Positions 51,001 to 63,112 of a stretch of 64,000 nt of DNA are shown here, piece after piece (position 1 is the stretch's first letter; the number at the start of each line of letters is the position of its first letter). The notes below the pieces were generated by a model that ran no database searches, had not been told where the DNA came from, and saw only the letters and a program-made list of their open reading frames with translations. Location: contig JAAILG010001622.1 of the NCBI GenBank assembly GCA_012026655.1, positions 1 to 64,000 of the forward strand, in the 5' to 3' direction. Source of the DNA: Hydrolagus affinis. Lineage: Eukaryota. Both the position numbers and the translations under genes were made by a program.

Positions 51001-51489
51001 TTTGTTAATTTGCAGTTTTTATTGCTTTCAGGCAAAATATAAAACTACGCAAGCGAAGCATATGCAACAAAGTTAGTGTTACATAACTGTGGTTTCTTCT
51101 GCTGTGTTCTTCACAATGACCTCAAGTGCTAACAGATGTATTTCCATTGCAAGACTTTAATCATAGTTTGCTGCAATGTCGCTATCCTCAGTCAGACACC
51201 TACCCCCACAGCAGAGTTCCCCTTGATCCTGGTGAAATTTAAAATTTAATAAAGGAGAAAACAATTCAAGATTTTTAAAAAATATATGTTCGGAGAATAT
51301 AAAGTGAACAGACTATATATTTATGGATGAAACGCAGCAGCCAATCGGGCACAGCAGAGTCCCCCAAACAGTCGTGGATTGAAGTGACCAATTTATTATT
51401 CACCACGAGGTGTACATGGGTTGCCCAGGTCCAATGTCAGTCTTTAAGTACAGATGTAGAAATATGCTGTTGCACTCCAGATTCTTGTA

Positions 51490-52468
51490 CAACAACAACT
51501 TGCGATTATATAGCACCCTCCACGCAGGGTAGTGTCTCAGAGCACTTAACAGGGGAAGAGCCTGGCTCCGAGCCAGAGTGGGTGCGTGGTGGTGGCTGTA
51601 CGCACAGTCAAAGAGGAAGATTTTCAGGTGGGCCTTGAAAAAGGGGAAAGAGGGGCAAGATGGAGGGATTGAGGGAGAGTGTTTCCGGAGTTCTGGAGTG
51701 AAGTGATTAAAACTGCGACTTTCAATGGTGGGGAGGAGGGTGCAAGTGACAGTACAGGAGGCTGGTTACAGTCGAGCAGAGGCTTGGGTGGTGGATTGGG
51801 GAGGGAGGAGGTTAGAGATGTATGGGGGTGCCAGAGAGTGAAGGGATTTGAACAAGAGTATGAAGATCTTGAAGTTAATCTGTTTGGTGATGGGGAGCCA
51901 GTGTAGCCTGGCCAGAACTGCTGAGATGCAGATAGGGAATTTGGCCCAGTTAAGTAAGTGGGCAACTGAATGAGCTGGGTTTTTTGAATGGTGGAGCTGA
52001 AGAGCGTTTGAATAATCCAAGCAGGAAGGGTGCCAAACATATGCCCAAGGGTTTTGGCTGCATTTGGGGTAAGGTACAGTTGGAGGCAGGCAATGTGATG
52101 GAGGTGGAAAGCACTCCCGGTCAGGGATGAGGACCAGGAAAGACTGTTTGGGGTTGAACTGAATGCCTAGAAATCCGCACTGGTTTAGTGAATGTGAGGG
52201 AGAGCCCAGACAGGTTTGAGGAGTTCAGTTCCGCTGAAGCGAAGACATTGACAGGAGCCAATGAGTATTATTTCTGTCTTGTCCACATTCACCTGCAGGA
52301 AATTTATATTGGTGGACCTGGAGTTGGTACTAGAGGAGGCAAAGTAGATTTCTGTGTCATCAGCGTACATGGGGAAGTTTACCCCGTGTTTGAGGATGAC
52401 GTTCGAAAGAGGGAGCATATAGATCAGGAAATGTAGGGGATGCAGGTGGAGCCCTGGGGTACCATCCG
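51490..52468 (-). mobile_element. L2 LINE 3' fragment (tail type A-like)
   Basis: FLIYMLPLSNVILKHGVNFPMYADDTEIY, NFLQVNVDKTE, LARLHWLPITKQINFKI..LAPPYISNLL. Confidence 0.95.
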
Positions 52469-52472
52469 TGGA

Positions 52473-52580
52473 CCCGAAATGTTGACTCACTTTCTCCATA
52501 GATGCTGCCTGACTTGAGTGTTCCTAGAGACTTCTGTTTTTGTTTCAGACTTCCAGCATCTGCAGTATTTTGCATTTATA
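52473..52580. mobile_element. One arm of the Penelope-associated palindromic repeat
   Basis: ccgaaatgttgactcactttctccatagatgctgcctgacttgagtgttcc..ttccagcatctgcagta matches 58575-58724. Confidence 0.75.
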
Positions 52581-52747
52581 AGAATTATTATTACTATTAT
52601 TCCTAATACTATTAGGCAGTCATTATTTTCACCCTATCATCTACGTTGTCACTTAAAAAAAACTAAGAAAAGCAATCCAAAGGGGCCTGAAAACACGTAC
52701 TATTAAACATTGTCTATAATTCCTTCCCGTGGAGAAACATTTGAAAC

Positions 52748-53192
52748 AACTGACCTTTCTACCCCACATCCATGATATGGCCCGCACTGCCTTCCTCCAC
52801 CTACGTCTCAGTGTCCGGCTCTGCCACTGTCTCACACCACAGGCTGTTGAGACCCCAAGTCACGCATTCGTAACATCCAGGCTCCAATATACAAACTCCC
52901 CGCTTGTCAGTCTCCCCAACTCCTCCCTCCATAGGCTGCCGATCTTCCAGAACTTTGCAGTTCTCATCCATTCTGCCCACATCTTCTGGAACGCCATCCA
53001 CAGTCCCTCCACCTTGCCCCTCCCTTCTTCAAGACCCATCTCAAGACATTCCTTGTTGACCATACCTTCAATCAACCTCCTTCCCCTTTGCCTTCCACCC
53101 TCCCCAATCCCAACCTCTAGCTCGGGTCCGAAACCATGATTGTCCAGCACCTTTGGACATCCTCCCTTAGTGTAATTTTGTTGTTGTTGTTG
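52748..53192 (+). mobile_element. Deleted L2 3' fragment (tail type B)
   Basis: ORF 52729-53139 QLTFLPHI..HAFVTSRLQYTNS..LPNSSLHRL..QNFA..FWNAI; (ttg)n tail. Confidence 0.92.
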
Positions 53193-53544
53193 CGGTGATG
53201 GTGGTATTTCATGACTGAAGTTTTGTATTGGATTTCTTTATCGCAAAGAACACGTTATGAAGCACCACAAATTTCACCCAATACAAAACGAAAATCCACC
53301 AATATCCTATTTTTTTGTAACCATCTTTTTACCAACAATGCCCTTTCATTGTTTGAGTATGTGATCCTAAAGTTAGTGGTGACATGGTTAGCTCCACAGC
53401 TGTCTCTCCTTTCCCACACTCCTGCTCTTTCAGAAAACCGTGCTTTTTACCCCCATGCAATGAAAAATGTAATTCCCAAAGGCAGGACAGCACCACAGCT
53501 GAAAAGTATAGAATTAAATAAACTACTGGTTAGCTGTTAAAACA

Positions 53545-53730
53545 TGGCATTTCTCCCGGTGTCCTGACCAACAATTCCCCAAATAAAATCAGTTCCTTCT
53601 TCCAGGTTTGTTGTGCGTAAATTGGCAGCCATGTTCACACACCAAATACACAATCATACCACTTTACAGTATATACCATGAAGCGCTTTGACATATCTCA
53701 AGGACGTGACAATGCACTGTCTCAACTCCA
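53545..53730 (+). mobile_element. Deu-domain SINE 3' part
   Basis: ttctcccggtgtcctgaccaaca..gtgcgtaaattggcagcc..gaagcgctttgaca. Confidence 0.75.
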
Positions 53731-53986
53731 AATGAAACGATCATTATTTTAACAGAACTTGGAGTGCAAGAGGAAGGGAAGGCAGAGAAAGGGAAAGAGT
53801 GTCACAGTCTTGAGATCCTGAGATAGAATGAATTAGAGTTTGAAACAGTACTATGAGTCTTAACTTAAACACAGTGAAAGTGCTGGAAGGAGGATGCGTG
53901 TATTTTGAAGTTAGGGGGAACACAATAGTTAAATTTGAAGCATGAAGCGGTAACTAAATTTGAAGTTAATAAAACAACAAGCCAGA

Positions 53987-54495
53987 TGTATCATCACATT
54001 AACATGATCAGCACCCTGAGAATTATTTTGAAAGTGTGTGGCCCCAGACATTTTATTATTTTAACCTCCTTTCTGCTCCCACTCTCCTGAACTTCATCTG
54101 GACTCCTTCCGACTCGAGCTCCCTTTCCACGGTGAGAAAATGTGTCGTGCCCATTACAGACAACCACACACTCCCCATTTGTTTATAATGGCCCCATTTT
54201 GTTTGTAAAGATGGAGAGAGAAAAATCGGAATGCTCTCGGGAACAGCCAAAGAACGTAGGATGACTTCAGCAGTTCAGCATTCCGACCAGAGGCTGAAGG
54301 AGAGAAGCGAAAGTTTTGTAAATCCAGAGACTTTCGGCCACCCTCTGGCAGCCCTTATCAGAAATGACTGCAGCTCTCGGTGAACTCAAGGAGAAGGCAT
54401 TAAAAGACAGTCTGCCTGACTCAGCAGACTATCACCAGAAAATTGGCTTTGGAGGCGAGAGAAAAAAACTCACGTCACCAAAACGAAAATACACA
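53987..54495 (-). mobile_element. Candidate solo LTR
   Basis: TG...CA ends flanked by CAGA/CAGA; on the minus strand TATAAA (54187-54182) lies upstream of AATAAA (54057-54052). Confidence 0.35.
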
Positions 54496-54669
54496 CAGAC
54501 CTGGTAATATACTTTCCCAACATAAAAGGCGAGTTCTGAACCTGGGAGGAATTCTAGGTGTAATAATAATAATTATAGGCGTTTGAGCACTGATGGGAAT
54601 GAGCAGGAACTGGCGATTGTGGGGATCATCTATAGGTGAAGTGGAAAATCAGAAGGGGATGTTGATATA

Positions 54670-54905
54670 GTAATATACTGTGAAGTGAATTGACTGGACA
54701 TTTTGTGAGCGAAATGCAGCAGCCAAATAGTCACGGCAGTGTCCCATGAACAGTTGTGGATTGAGATGATCAAATTTTTTTTGGTGGGGGGGGAAGGATT
54801 TATTACACCCAGAAAAGCAATTCACCGATCGACTAACAACTGGGTTCCTACTTACTGCTAGGTACACAGATGCGTGTGGATTAAAAAAACTTCCCCAACA
54901 TTTTA
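54670..54905 (-). mobile_element. tRNA-family SINE body
   Basis: gtgaagtgaattgactg..gcagcagccaaat..cgactaacaactgggttcctacttactgctagg as in the 40200 and 46123 copies. Confidence 0.85.
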
Positions 54906-55559
54906 GAACATTGCCATCAAATGAATCACAGTGCACTTCCAAAGAATCAGGCTGGTGGATAATCTTATCAACACAGTGAGCCCTAGATCTGCGAATACAT
55001 TGAGGAGAAATTTATTCAGCAAATACAAATTTATTAAGGAGAAAGTTGTCCATCCTTCACCGAAGGGAACATATGCTCAAAAAAACTTCTAATTGTACTT
55101 ATCCAGAAACAAGCTCTGTTTTTTTAATTTAATTACACTGACCTCAAGGATTGAATCAATAGGATCACAGAATGAAGAAGCACTATTTTTTCTGAGCTTT
55201 TACATTAAGTTGTAAAACCAACTTTTGGAGCAAGTCTTTTTTTCATTTAGGAAAAGCCACAAACCACTTTCACTGCGATTCTGTCACTCATCAGTGTGCA
55301 TCTGGTCTCAATCTGTACCATTGTTTTGTCTGCAAACAAACGGGAAGAAACACTTTTGTTGTCTTATTTCATGAAGCCGGTAGCCCTTTAAACGAACATT
55401 TTCACTTCACGGGAAGATTTTTGATCAGTGTCAGATTCTCGGTCAGGTTGCACGACCACAAGAGATTCGGGTAAAGAATATGCTTTGACCTATTCGAATG
55501 GATCCACACACAAATACAGTCCGTAAAATTCCAGCCTGTCTTATAACAAAATTGGGATA

Positions 55560-55845
55560 TAATATCCTTGCATTTGACAGAGCACCTTATCGGGTCATCT
55601 AAACATGTCCAAATGTTTCACAGAATTTTACTGTGAAGTGTGGTGATTTGCTATTTGCAGGCAAACTTAACCGCCTACAGCTATATCACACAAACAGCTA
55701 TGAAATGAGGGATATTATTGACCAGCAAACCTCCAAATAGTGCCATGGAATCTTTAATGTCCATCTGAACCGGCAAAGGTGATGTCAGTTTCAGGCTTGA
55801 ACCCAAAACCTTCTGACTTAGAAGCGGACTGAGCCAATGTGACAC
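55560..55845 (-). mobile_element. Deu-domain SINE with deletions
   Basis: tccttgcatttgacagagcacctta tail; aaatagtgccatggaatctttaatgtccatctgaac; cttgaacccaaaaccttctgacttagaagc head. Confidence 0.8.
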
Positions 55846-56924
55846 CAATGCAAAGGCTGAAACCTTTTGGTTGGAGTCAACCCAAGTCGTTGAATAAAAT
55901 TACATGAACACATTCATGATCCAGTCCCCATGGAATGGATTATCTTCCACCGTCTATATTTTAGGGTTATCATGTTAAGAAATAAAAATTTAGGCTTTAT
56001 TTTTTATTTACTTAACCAGTGTCCTGCAAAAATGCATTAAATAAAACCAGACGGCTAGAAGAGGATTTTTTTTTTATCCCGTGATAAAATTAAAACTGGT
56101 TATCTGGATACCTAAATTTGCTTTCACCATCTGTTCTGTAGATCAGAGGTTAGGACCGGTGACAACTGGGGGAAAACGTGATCTCTCAGGGAAATAAAAT
56201 GAATACTGCATCAACTCATAACTTGCATAAGAAGGGAGACGTAATAAATCCACTTTCTGTTATAGGTAAGGCGTTATGCTTTGTGAAGGGCTGGCTCACA
56301 GGATTAAATGAGAATTGTATACATTTTGCGTAAAATCAAAGCAGCTGCCAGAATAATGTTGCTTTTGCAACAGCTGTTGTGACTTATGATTTGAAGCTTT
56401 GTTTAAATTGGATATCCAGCACAATTTACATTGCATTAGCTACTGTGCTACACATTTTGCGAAGAATTCATGGAAACTTTTTGAAGGGCAAAACCAGCAG
56501 TGAATAGAAGTGATTGAATCAACATAAACCAAGTGAGCCTCATTGATCCTAAGAGTCCTAGAATATGTAATACTTTCTTCAACTAATAGCTGATTAGATG
56601 CCTCATTGTTTTATTTCAAATGATCACTCTGTAGCTATTCTGGATGTAAGATTGATCTTGTTCTGGAAGAATGTTTTTTGTTTGCTTTTCTGTTTGAAAG
56701 GTTCTGGTGAGAGTATTAAACTTCAGTATTTAATGCAAAACCATTGTATCTTTGCACTTTGTAGCAACTCTACATCTCTGTGTTCATAGTTTCACCGTGA
56801 ATCAAGTCCCTTAGGGGGATCATGTTCTGTTTGACACGTAGGCAAGTTATGCTTCCAGTTGCTGCTTCTTAATTTATAGTTGTTAAGCTCTTTGTCTAGG
56901 ATTTCAGCCACAGTATCACAGTCA

Positions 56925-57680
56925 GGTGTCAGTCCAGCTCAGTTCATAGGCTATCTGAGTCAGAGGGAAGTGTGTTCAAGCTCCACAATCGTGTTTGATT
57001 CATGGACTAGAATGTACACTACTGCAGTGCGAAGAGGACGCTGCATTGACGTTGAAGATCCCACGATCCCAGTATCCTGGCTATCTATCCTCCAGATACA
57101 ACTTATCATTAACTTCATGGCAATTTGTACGACGTTACTGTATACGTATTGGCTGTCAGACACAATCATTACTCTTTCACTGTACATATCCTGTGAACAT
57201 TTTGAGACATATTTATAGGATACAGATGAATTTGACATAGATTGCTTTGTTCCAGAGCAAGCAACACATAATTCAAATGCAATCTCTTATCTTTTTGCAT
57301 AGTCTCTGTTAACACAAAATACACAAGTTGCACAGACATAGAAACACTTCTGTAGTTTGGTGCTTCATGGTTCTGTTAAAGGCTGCAGCCATATGTCCCT
57401 TCTTTTCGTTGAATTAAAAACAGTGAGCGCAAAAGCACAAGCCCACAAGCATACAACAATCCATTTTTCATCCATGCCATCGATCTCCAGGCAAAATAGT
57501 TCCAATTTACCAGCAAGCGGTGTAACATAATGAGATGTTTCTCGCCTCAAGGTCAGAGGGCTGTGGGTTCAAGACCCGCTTCAGGACCTGACCTCACAAT
57601 CTGGATTAGCACTTGAATGCACTTGAATGCTGTATGAGTGGATTGCTGCATTATGGAGGTGCCATGTTTCAGACAAGACA
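56925..57680 (+). mobile_element. Two decayed Deu-type SINEs (~56925-57230 and ~57520-57680)
   Basis: tRNA-like heads tctgagtcagagggaagtgtgttcaagctcc and tcgcctcaaggtcagagggctgtgggttcaagaccc; gacgttgaagatccca. Confidence 0.7.
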
Positions 57681-58574
57681 ATAATTAATGATCATATGAA
57701 AAAAGTGGGGCACAAAAATACAGTAAGTGATGTGATCATATCACACGACACAATTTTCCCGATATTTATTTTGCACATATATCTCCAACCGCTTGTAAGG
57801 ATAGTGTCTGTGCTTTCAACTTGTTTCACACTGTCTGATTTGTGGCTTTGCTTGATGGCCTTGCATCTGAGTAAATAATATTTGGAAGATTAAAGGCAAA
57901 TTAAATAAATTGCTAATTATCATAAGAGGCTTATTTTCAGGTGGCTGCCACTCAATCATTTATCCAGCTTACATTTCATATAATACAATGTATGAAACTA
58001 CTTATTTTTATAAAACCTCCAGACAACATGATGTACTCTTTACCTGAAATAAATCCTAGAAGTAATATATTATTGCTGGAAATTCATGTTTGTTGTAATT
58101 TTACTACACAGTGCAGTCTTGCCCTGGGTTTATGTATATGTTTTACGTGAATCTTCTACTGACTCAAATACAAATGAATAGTCAGTGAGTGTGGATCATG
58201 GAGGAGAATAATTGTGCTTTTCTACTGCATTTCTCAGAAGCTGTGGTCCGGTAAATCTGTAACAGACCAGATTAGTGTAGAGTATGTAAAAATAACCAAA
58301 TACTGTAGGTTGTGTAGGTACATCACAACCGCACCTGTTGCCTTTGCTCTACCGGGTCTGGCCTCCTCCTTGTCCCCCAAATCCTCTGTTCCACCTATAA
58401 AAGTATATAGTGTCTATATTGTTGTTGTTGTTATCATTGATGTGGCTATCCCAAGTGATTACAATGTAAGAAATAAAGGACGAGACACGATCAGGAACTA
58501 TATCCATCTACAAATCGAATGCAGACATATGCGGCAGTATGAAACACACATAGTTTTTATAATCAAATCGGAAT

Positions 58575-58724
58575 ATACTGCAGATGCTGGATGACTGAAA
58601 GAAAACAGAAATTGCTGGGAACACTCAGCGGGTCAGGCAGCACTCGAAACTTTGATTCACTTTCCTTTCTCCATAGATGCTGCCTGATCTGCTGAGTGTT
58701 CCCAGCATTTCTGTTTTTGTTTCA
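58575..58724. mobile_element. Palindromic non-autonomous repeat (Penelope-associated type)
   Basis: aaaacagaaattgctgggaacactcagcgggtcaggcagca ... tgctgcctgatctgctgagtgttcccagcatttctgtttt; ~40-bp near-perfect stem with cgaaac in the loop. Confidence 0.8.
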
Positions 58725-58989
58725 TAATTCCTATAGTTATTGGTGCAACTGGGACTGTTAATCCAAAAGGCTTCAGAAATGGCGTGTCAAAATAATTGGT
58801 AAACAAATTCTAGCTATTTTAGGAAGTTCAAACATACTATCAAAAGTAACATATATAATGTGGCAGTGTTATTGTTCTGGTTAACCTAAATTGTACAGTA
58901 GTAACATAACATACTCTAGATGATGTTTAATAATCCAGAGCCAGATTTAGAGCATTAATCACTTCAACAAAAATAATAAGAAAAATATT

Positions 58990-59142
58990 TTGGTCACTCA
59001 ATTCTTGACTGTTTCTGGGACACTGCTGTGCTTCCACATTTCACCCACAAAATACACAATCTACAATACAGCATATTCTAAGAATAGCTTGGAGATGTCT
59101 CAAAGGCGTGACAAAGCACTAAATAAAATGCAAGGATTATTC
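58990..59142 (+). mobile_element. SINE 3' part
   Basis: ggtcactcaa..gactgtttctgggacactgctgtg..aatgcaaggattatt. Confidence 0.75.
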
Positions 59143-59467
59143 TTTTTATCATAATAACTTGCATTTCATGTATGCTCTTTTCATGTCATTGTAATATATT
59201 AAGTGTTCACTGTATTTTAATTTAAACTGTGTGACTGTGTAACTCTGCCTCAGACTATAAAGACGCTTTTAAAACCCACCTTAGAATCTATGTTTTCAAC
59301 CACACTTTTCAACTTCCAGTCAGTCCTTTGAGTGCTTTAAAACATCCTCACAACTAGCAAGGGTGCTGTGTAAATGTAAATTGTTGTTCAAAACTAGAAT
59401 TTGTCTCCAGGAACACATTTGAAGTGTCAATGATATATGAGTTCACTATAATATAATTTTAAAAAAT

Positions 59468-59770
59468 GCTTGATAAGGGTAAGGCAGTGGATGGCGTATA
59501 TCTGGATTTCAGTAACTTTGATAGAGTTCCTCATGAAAAGCTGGTAGTGAAAATAAAGAAAGTGGAAATCAGAGGAAGCAAAAAATGCTGTTTGCGTCAA
59601 GAAGAAATTAGATAGATTTCTGCCGGAAAATAAGATTTGGGGCCACAGTACTGTATATGGTTTGGGACATGACAGACATACCAAGCGCCTGCCAGGATGG
59701 TGGAAGATGTGCTAGATGGACCTTGGTCTTCTTTTGCCAAGCAAACTGTTATTTTCTTATGTTCTGTGTA
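59468..59770 (+). mobile_element. Internally deleted CR1
   Basis: LDKGKAVDGVYLDFSNFDRVPHEKL (RT motif) fused within ~150 bp to a 3' UTR ending gatggaccttggtctt..ttcttatgttc. Confidence 0.75.
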
Positions 59771-59855
59771 TTTAATAACACTGACGTTACCATTTATAAA
59801 GACTCTCTGGAATTTTAAGAAGCCAGGTAAAGGATTAAGATTTAGAAACACAGCA

Positions 59856-60182
59856 CATTAGAAATGTATGGCACAGTAAGGAGGCCATTCAGACCATTAT
59901 TTTGTGTCAGTACTCCTCCAAGAATTCATTGATCATCATCCCAATTTCCTATTATTTTCTCATACAGTTTAAAAACCATTCTCTTCATGTACTCGTTATT
60001 TTGTTCCGAATGCCCCCAATTGATTCTTTTGGAACAGCCAGTCATGGCAAATCATTCCACATCCTGTTTGTCCTTTAGGTGAAGTTTTTCCAAATCTTTC
60101 ATTTTAATCCCCTTGGTCATAATCTTGAATTTATGTCCTCTTGGCCCATCACCCTCCACTGGTGGGAAGAGCTTTCCACTTC
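59856..60182 (-). mobile_element. CR1 3' end
   Basis: ggcacagtaaggaggccattcagacc is the reverse of the CR1 terminus; the reverse of aatcttgaatttatgtcctctt encodes RGHKFKI. Confidence 0.75.
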
Positions 60183-60599
60183 ATGTACAGGACATGATGG
60201 AAATAGAAGAGTACATATATGAGGAAGACATGCAAATTTATAGTCCTAGGGAAAAGCAAGATAGAGCGATTGTGTAATGAGTTTTGACTGTGCAACGATT
60301 TTGACTTCAATAAAGTCAGAGGGAAGAATGTTGAATTTAGAGTTAGGAAAGAACAAAGTTAGAAAGATCAGAGGAGCAATGAATCAAATGTATAACAGTA
60401 TCAATAAAATACAGGTGAGGCAACGGAGAAAGAAAAGCATCAAAAGCTGGAACTGAGGCTTTTCTTGTGCCCAGGAGTGTGGGCAGTGCTCAACTCTTGC
60501 ATAGCAATCGGGCTTCATAGAGAATTTACATCTGATTTGATGTTCACCTATTCTTCTGAGTTCTTTGCATGCATGCATAAATGAACAGATAAACAACTA

Positions 60600-60748
60600 N
60601 NNNNNNNNNNNNNNNNNNNNNNNNNNNNNNNNNNNNNNNNNNNNNNNNNNNNNNNNNNNNNNNNNNNNNNNNNNNNNNNNNNNNNNNNNNNNNNNNNNNN
60701 NNNNNNNNNNNNNNNNNNNNNNNNNNNNNNNNNNNNNNNNNNNNNNNN
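60600..60748. other. Assembly gap (149 N)
   Basis: Run of n characters. Confidence 1.
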
Positions 60749-61539
60749 CGTGTCTTGAGAGGTGTGGTGACACAACTCAGTAGTTTAACTATATAAGTCT
60801 GGAAATGTTTCCGTATTGAAGTGGAAGAAGTTATTTTCGGTGATGATTATTTTACATCCGAAATTGAATGGATTGGAGGCATGTGATGTTCAAATTGGAA
60901 AACAGAAACTGCTATCAACAATGTTGCCTTAGATATGAATTTAGAAGAATTCTGAAGCCATGTTGCATATGGTGAGATATTTGGGTTTCATTTACAAGAT
61001 TCACGGTGCACCAACGCTGAAATTAAAGTATAAGTTAAACACACCGAGACGCTAACCCACATGGAGGACACTATGTAAATGCAACTTGTTATTATAAACC
61101 CAGCATAAGAATAACGTGCAACTATGTTCAGCTTACTGTCCTGGCTGGATGTTAACTGTTTATGAAAAATCTAATTTGCACTCATCACAGAGAGCCCGGC
61201 ACTCAGTTAATTACATGTAAATGAAGCTCTGGTTGTTGCTTTTGTGTAAAGTACTTCCATCTGCTAATCTGCAACTGTTCAAGAAATAAAGCAATATCTC
61301 TTACATCCGTATCGTCAGAAAATGTTTTCCCAATAAAATCCACATGAAATAATAATCCACACTGGAGAAAATTATCCCTTCCATCAAACATTTCCTAATA
61401 ACAGGATGACCATTAATTGGTTTGTATCATACTGTATAGTGCTTCAAAGCTCATCAGGATTTGCACTAAAAAGAATCAATATAAAGTGTTCTGCAAGCGA
61501 ACAGTTTTATATTTACAAGGTAATAAAAGGATGAATTGA

Positions 61540-62080
61540 AATAGTTTTGAACTGGAAAAAGACTTTTAATGCAGCATTCCATACAGTGGACTGTTGAAGT
61601 CTGGCTTATCTGACAGAGCCATACTGTGCTGTCATGTTCATATCTAGATACCAAACATCAAAGGACTGTGGTAGCAAATACATTGTCTGATTTAAGCAGT
61701 GTTGAAATTGGAGTCTCTCAGGGACATAACTATTCCTTTGTTGCATTAATGACCTCCCCAAGGTGTGTTCATACTCCAAAAGCTTTCGACTTGCTGACGG
61801 CACATTCCTACTGTACCTGCATTAATCTGCTGAAAGTGGTAAGAAAGTATTAAATGAGGATATGCTGAAAGTTTTTGCGGTTAGATAATAATTGCCACAC
61901 TTTAAACGTTAAAGTAACGAATCAGTTTAATTAGGTTCACCCCACCGTCTTGTCAATTACGAAATCTTTGTAAACCACATCAATTACGATAAGTTTGGGG
62001 AATGTTCAACTGCGAAATACCTGGGTTTGTACAATGGAAGCACACTGCCCTTCACTGAACACACCACCAAGATGTTGGGA
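61540..62080 (+). mobile_element. Highly decayed LINE RT core (CR1/L2 group, distinct family)
   Basis: Ordered motifs AAFHTVD (61571), SYLDTKHQRTVV..IGVSQG, INDLP (61745), LADGT (61790), KYLG..LPFTEH (62015). Confidence 0.75.
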
Positions 62081-62904
62081 AGACCTTTAGCAAAAATAAT
62101 TTTTTTTAGCCTGTCTCCAATCCTCCTTCACACAAACATGATGATGATGATGATGATGAGTTAACTGAAGTCTGATTGCAGTGATGTGGCTTGGACATGG
62201 TGTTCAAACACTCAGCTGAAAATTGAAAACATTGTGGGAGAGAGTTGGCAGAACGGGCCCATGTTGCATTCCTTCCTTTGATGAGCACAATTTTAAAAGG
62301 TGAGGCGGCACTGTTGTCTCTGAAGGTTCTTACCTCTGAGGTGGGTCTTTATCCCAGTTGCAGAGGGAACATCTCTGAACATCAATCAAATTAACCAATC
62401 GAAATTACATTTATAGAGCGCCTTTCACGTCGGGAGGATGTCCCAAGGCGCAATGCAAGTGAAGTGCTGCAGTGAGGAACCACAACTTAACCCATTCGGG
62501 ACCCCATTTGGTCTCTGTGAAGTGTCTCGAGACAATCTAATGTATTTATATAACACCTTTCTCTTCCAGAGGATATCTCACAGTGGTATGGGCCACCGAG
62601 CTGGGGGCCGAGGAGTTTGGGGAGGGATGGTGGGATTAAAATTGCAATAGTAATTGATAATTAGCATGACACAGACATTTCATCCTGAGGATGATCGACC
62701 ACAACTCTGTCCTCCGCCCTTGCCCTACAACAACTTTATGGCTGTGGTTGAATCTGTAGCCACTTACAGCTGTCATTGTGGTTGCCAGACATCAAGTGCA
62801 GATGTTATTCATAGAAACTATTTTAGGCCAAAAAAACAAGATTAGTCTGGGATCCCTGAAACTGGCGTATTATTTGTGCGCAACCATTTTGAAAGCAGAC
62901 ACAA

Positions 62905-63112
62905 TGGGCCTTCACAGCCACTACGCCCCAAGGCTCTGGAATTCCCTTCCTCATTCCCGTTGCCTCGCCCACTCTTTTCAAATTCGACCGCGCTTTTGGT
63001 CGCCTTATTCCCCCTCCCCCCCTGGCTTGGCCCCGGGATCCGTTATTGTGAAGCGCTCTGAGACGTCATCCTGCGTGGAGGGCGCCATATAAATCGTTGT
63101 TGTTGTTGTTGT
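62905..63112 (+). mobile_element. L2 3' end (tail type A)
   Basis: SHYAPRLWNSLP; gtgaagcgctctgagacgtc..ggagggcgccatataaatcgttgttgttg, highly similar to 10298-10530. Confidence 0.93.

Noticed and set aside
54336-54352. Second CTCF-like motif
   Set aside because: Several mismatches to the core consensus
60548-60783. ORFs spanning the N run
   Set aside because: Artefacts of the assembly gap
1468-63112. Strand bias of L2 insertions as evidence of host-gene orientation
   Set aside because: Copies occur on both strands in similar numbers
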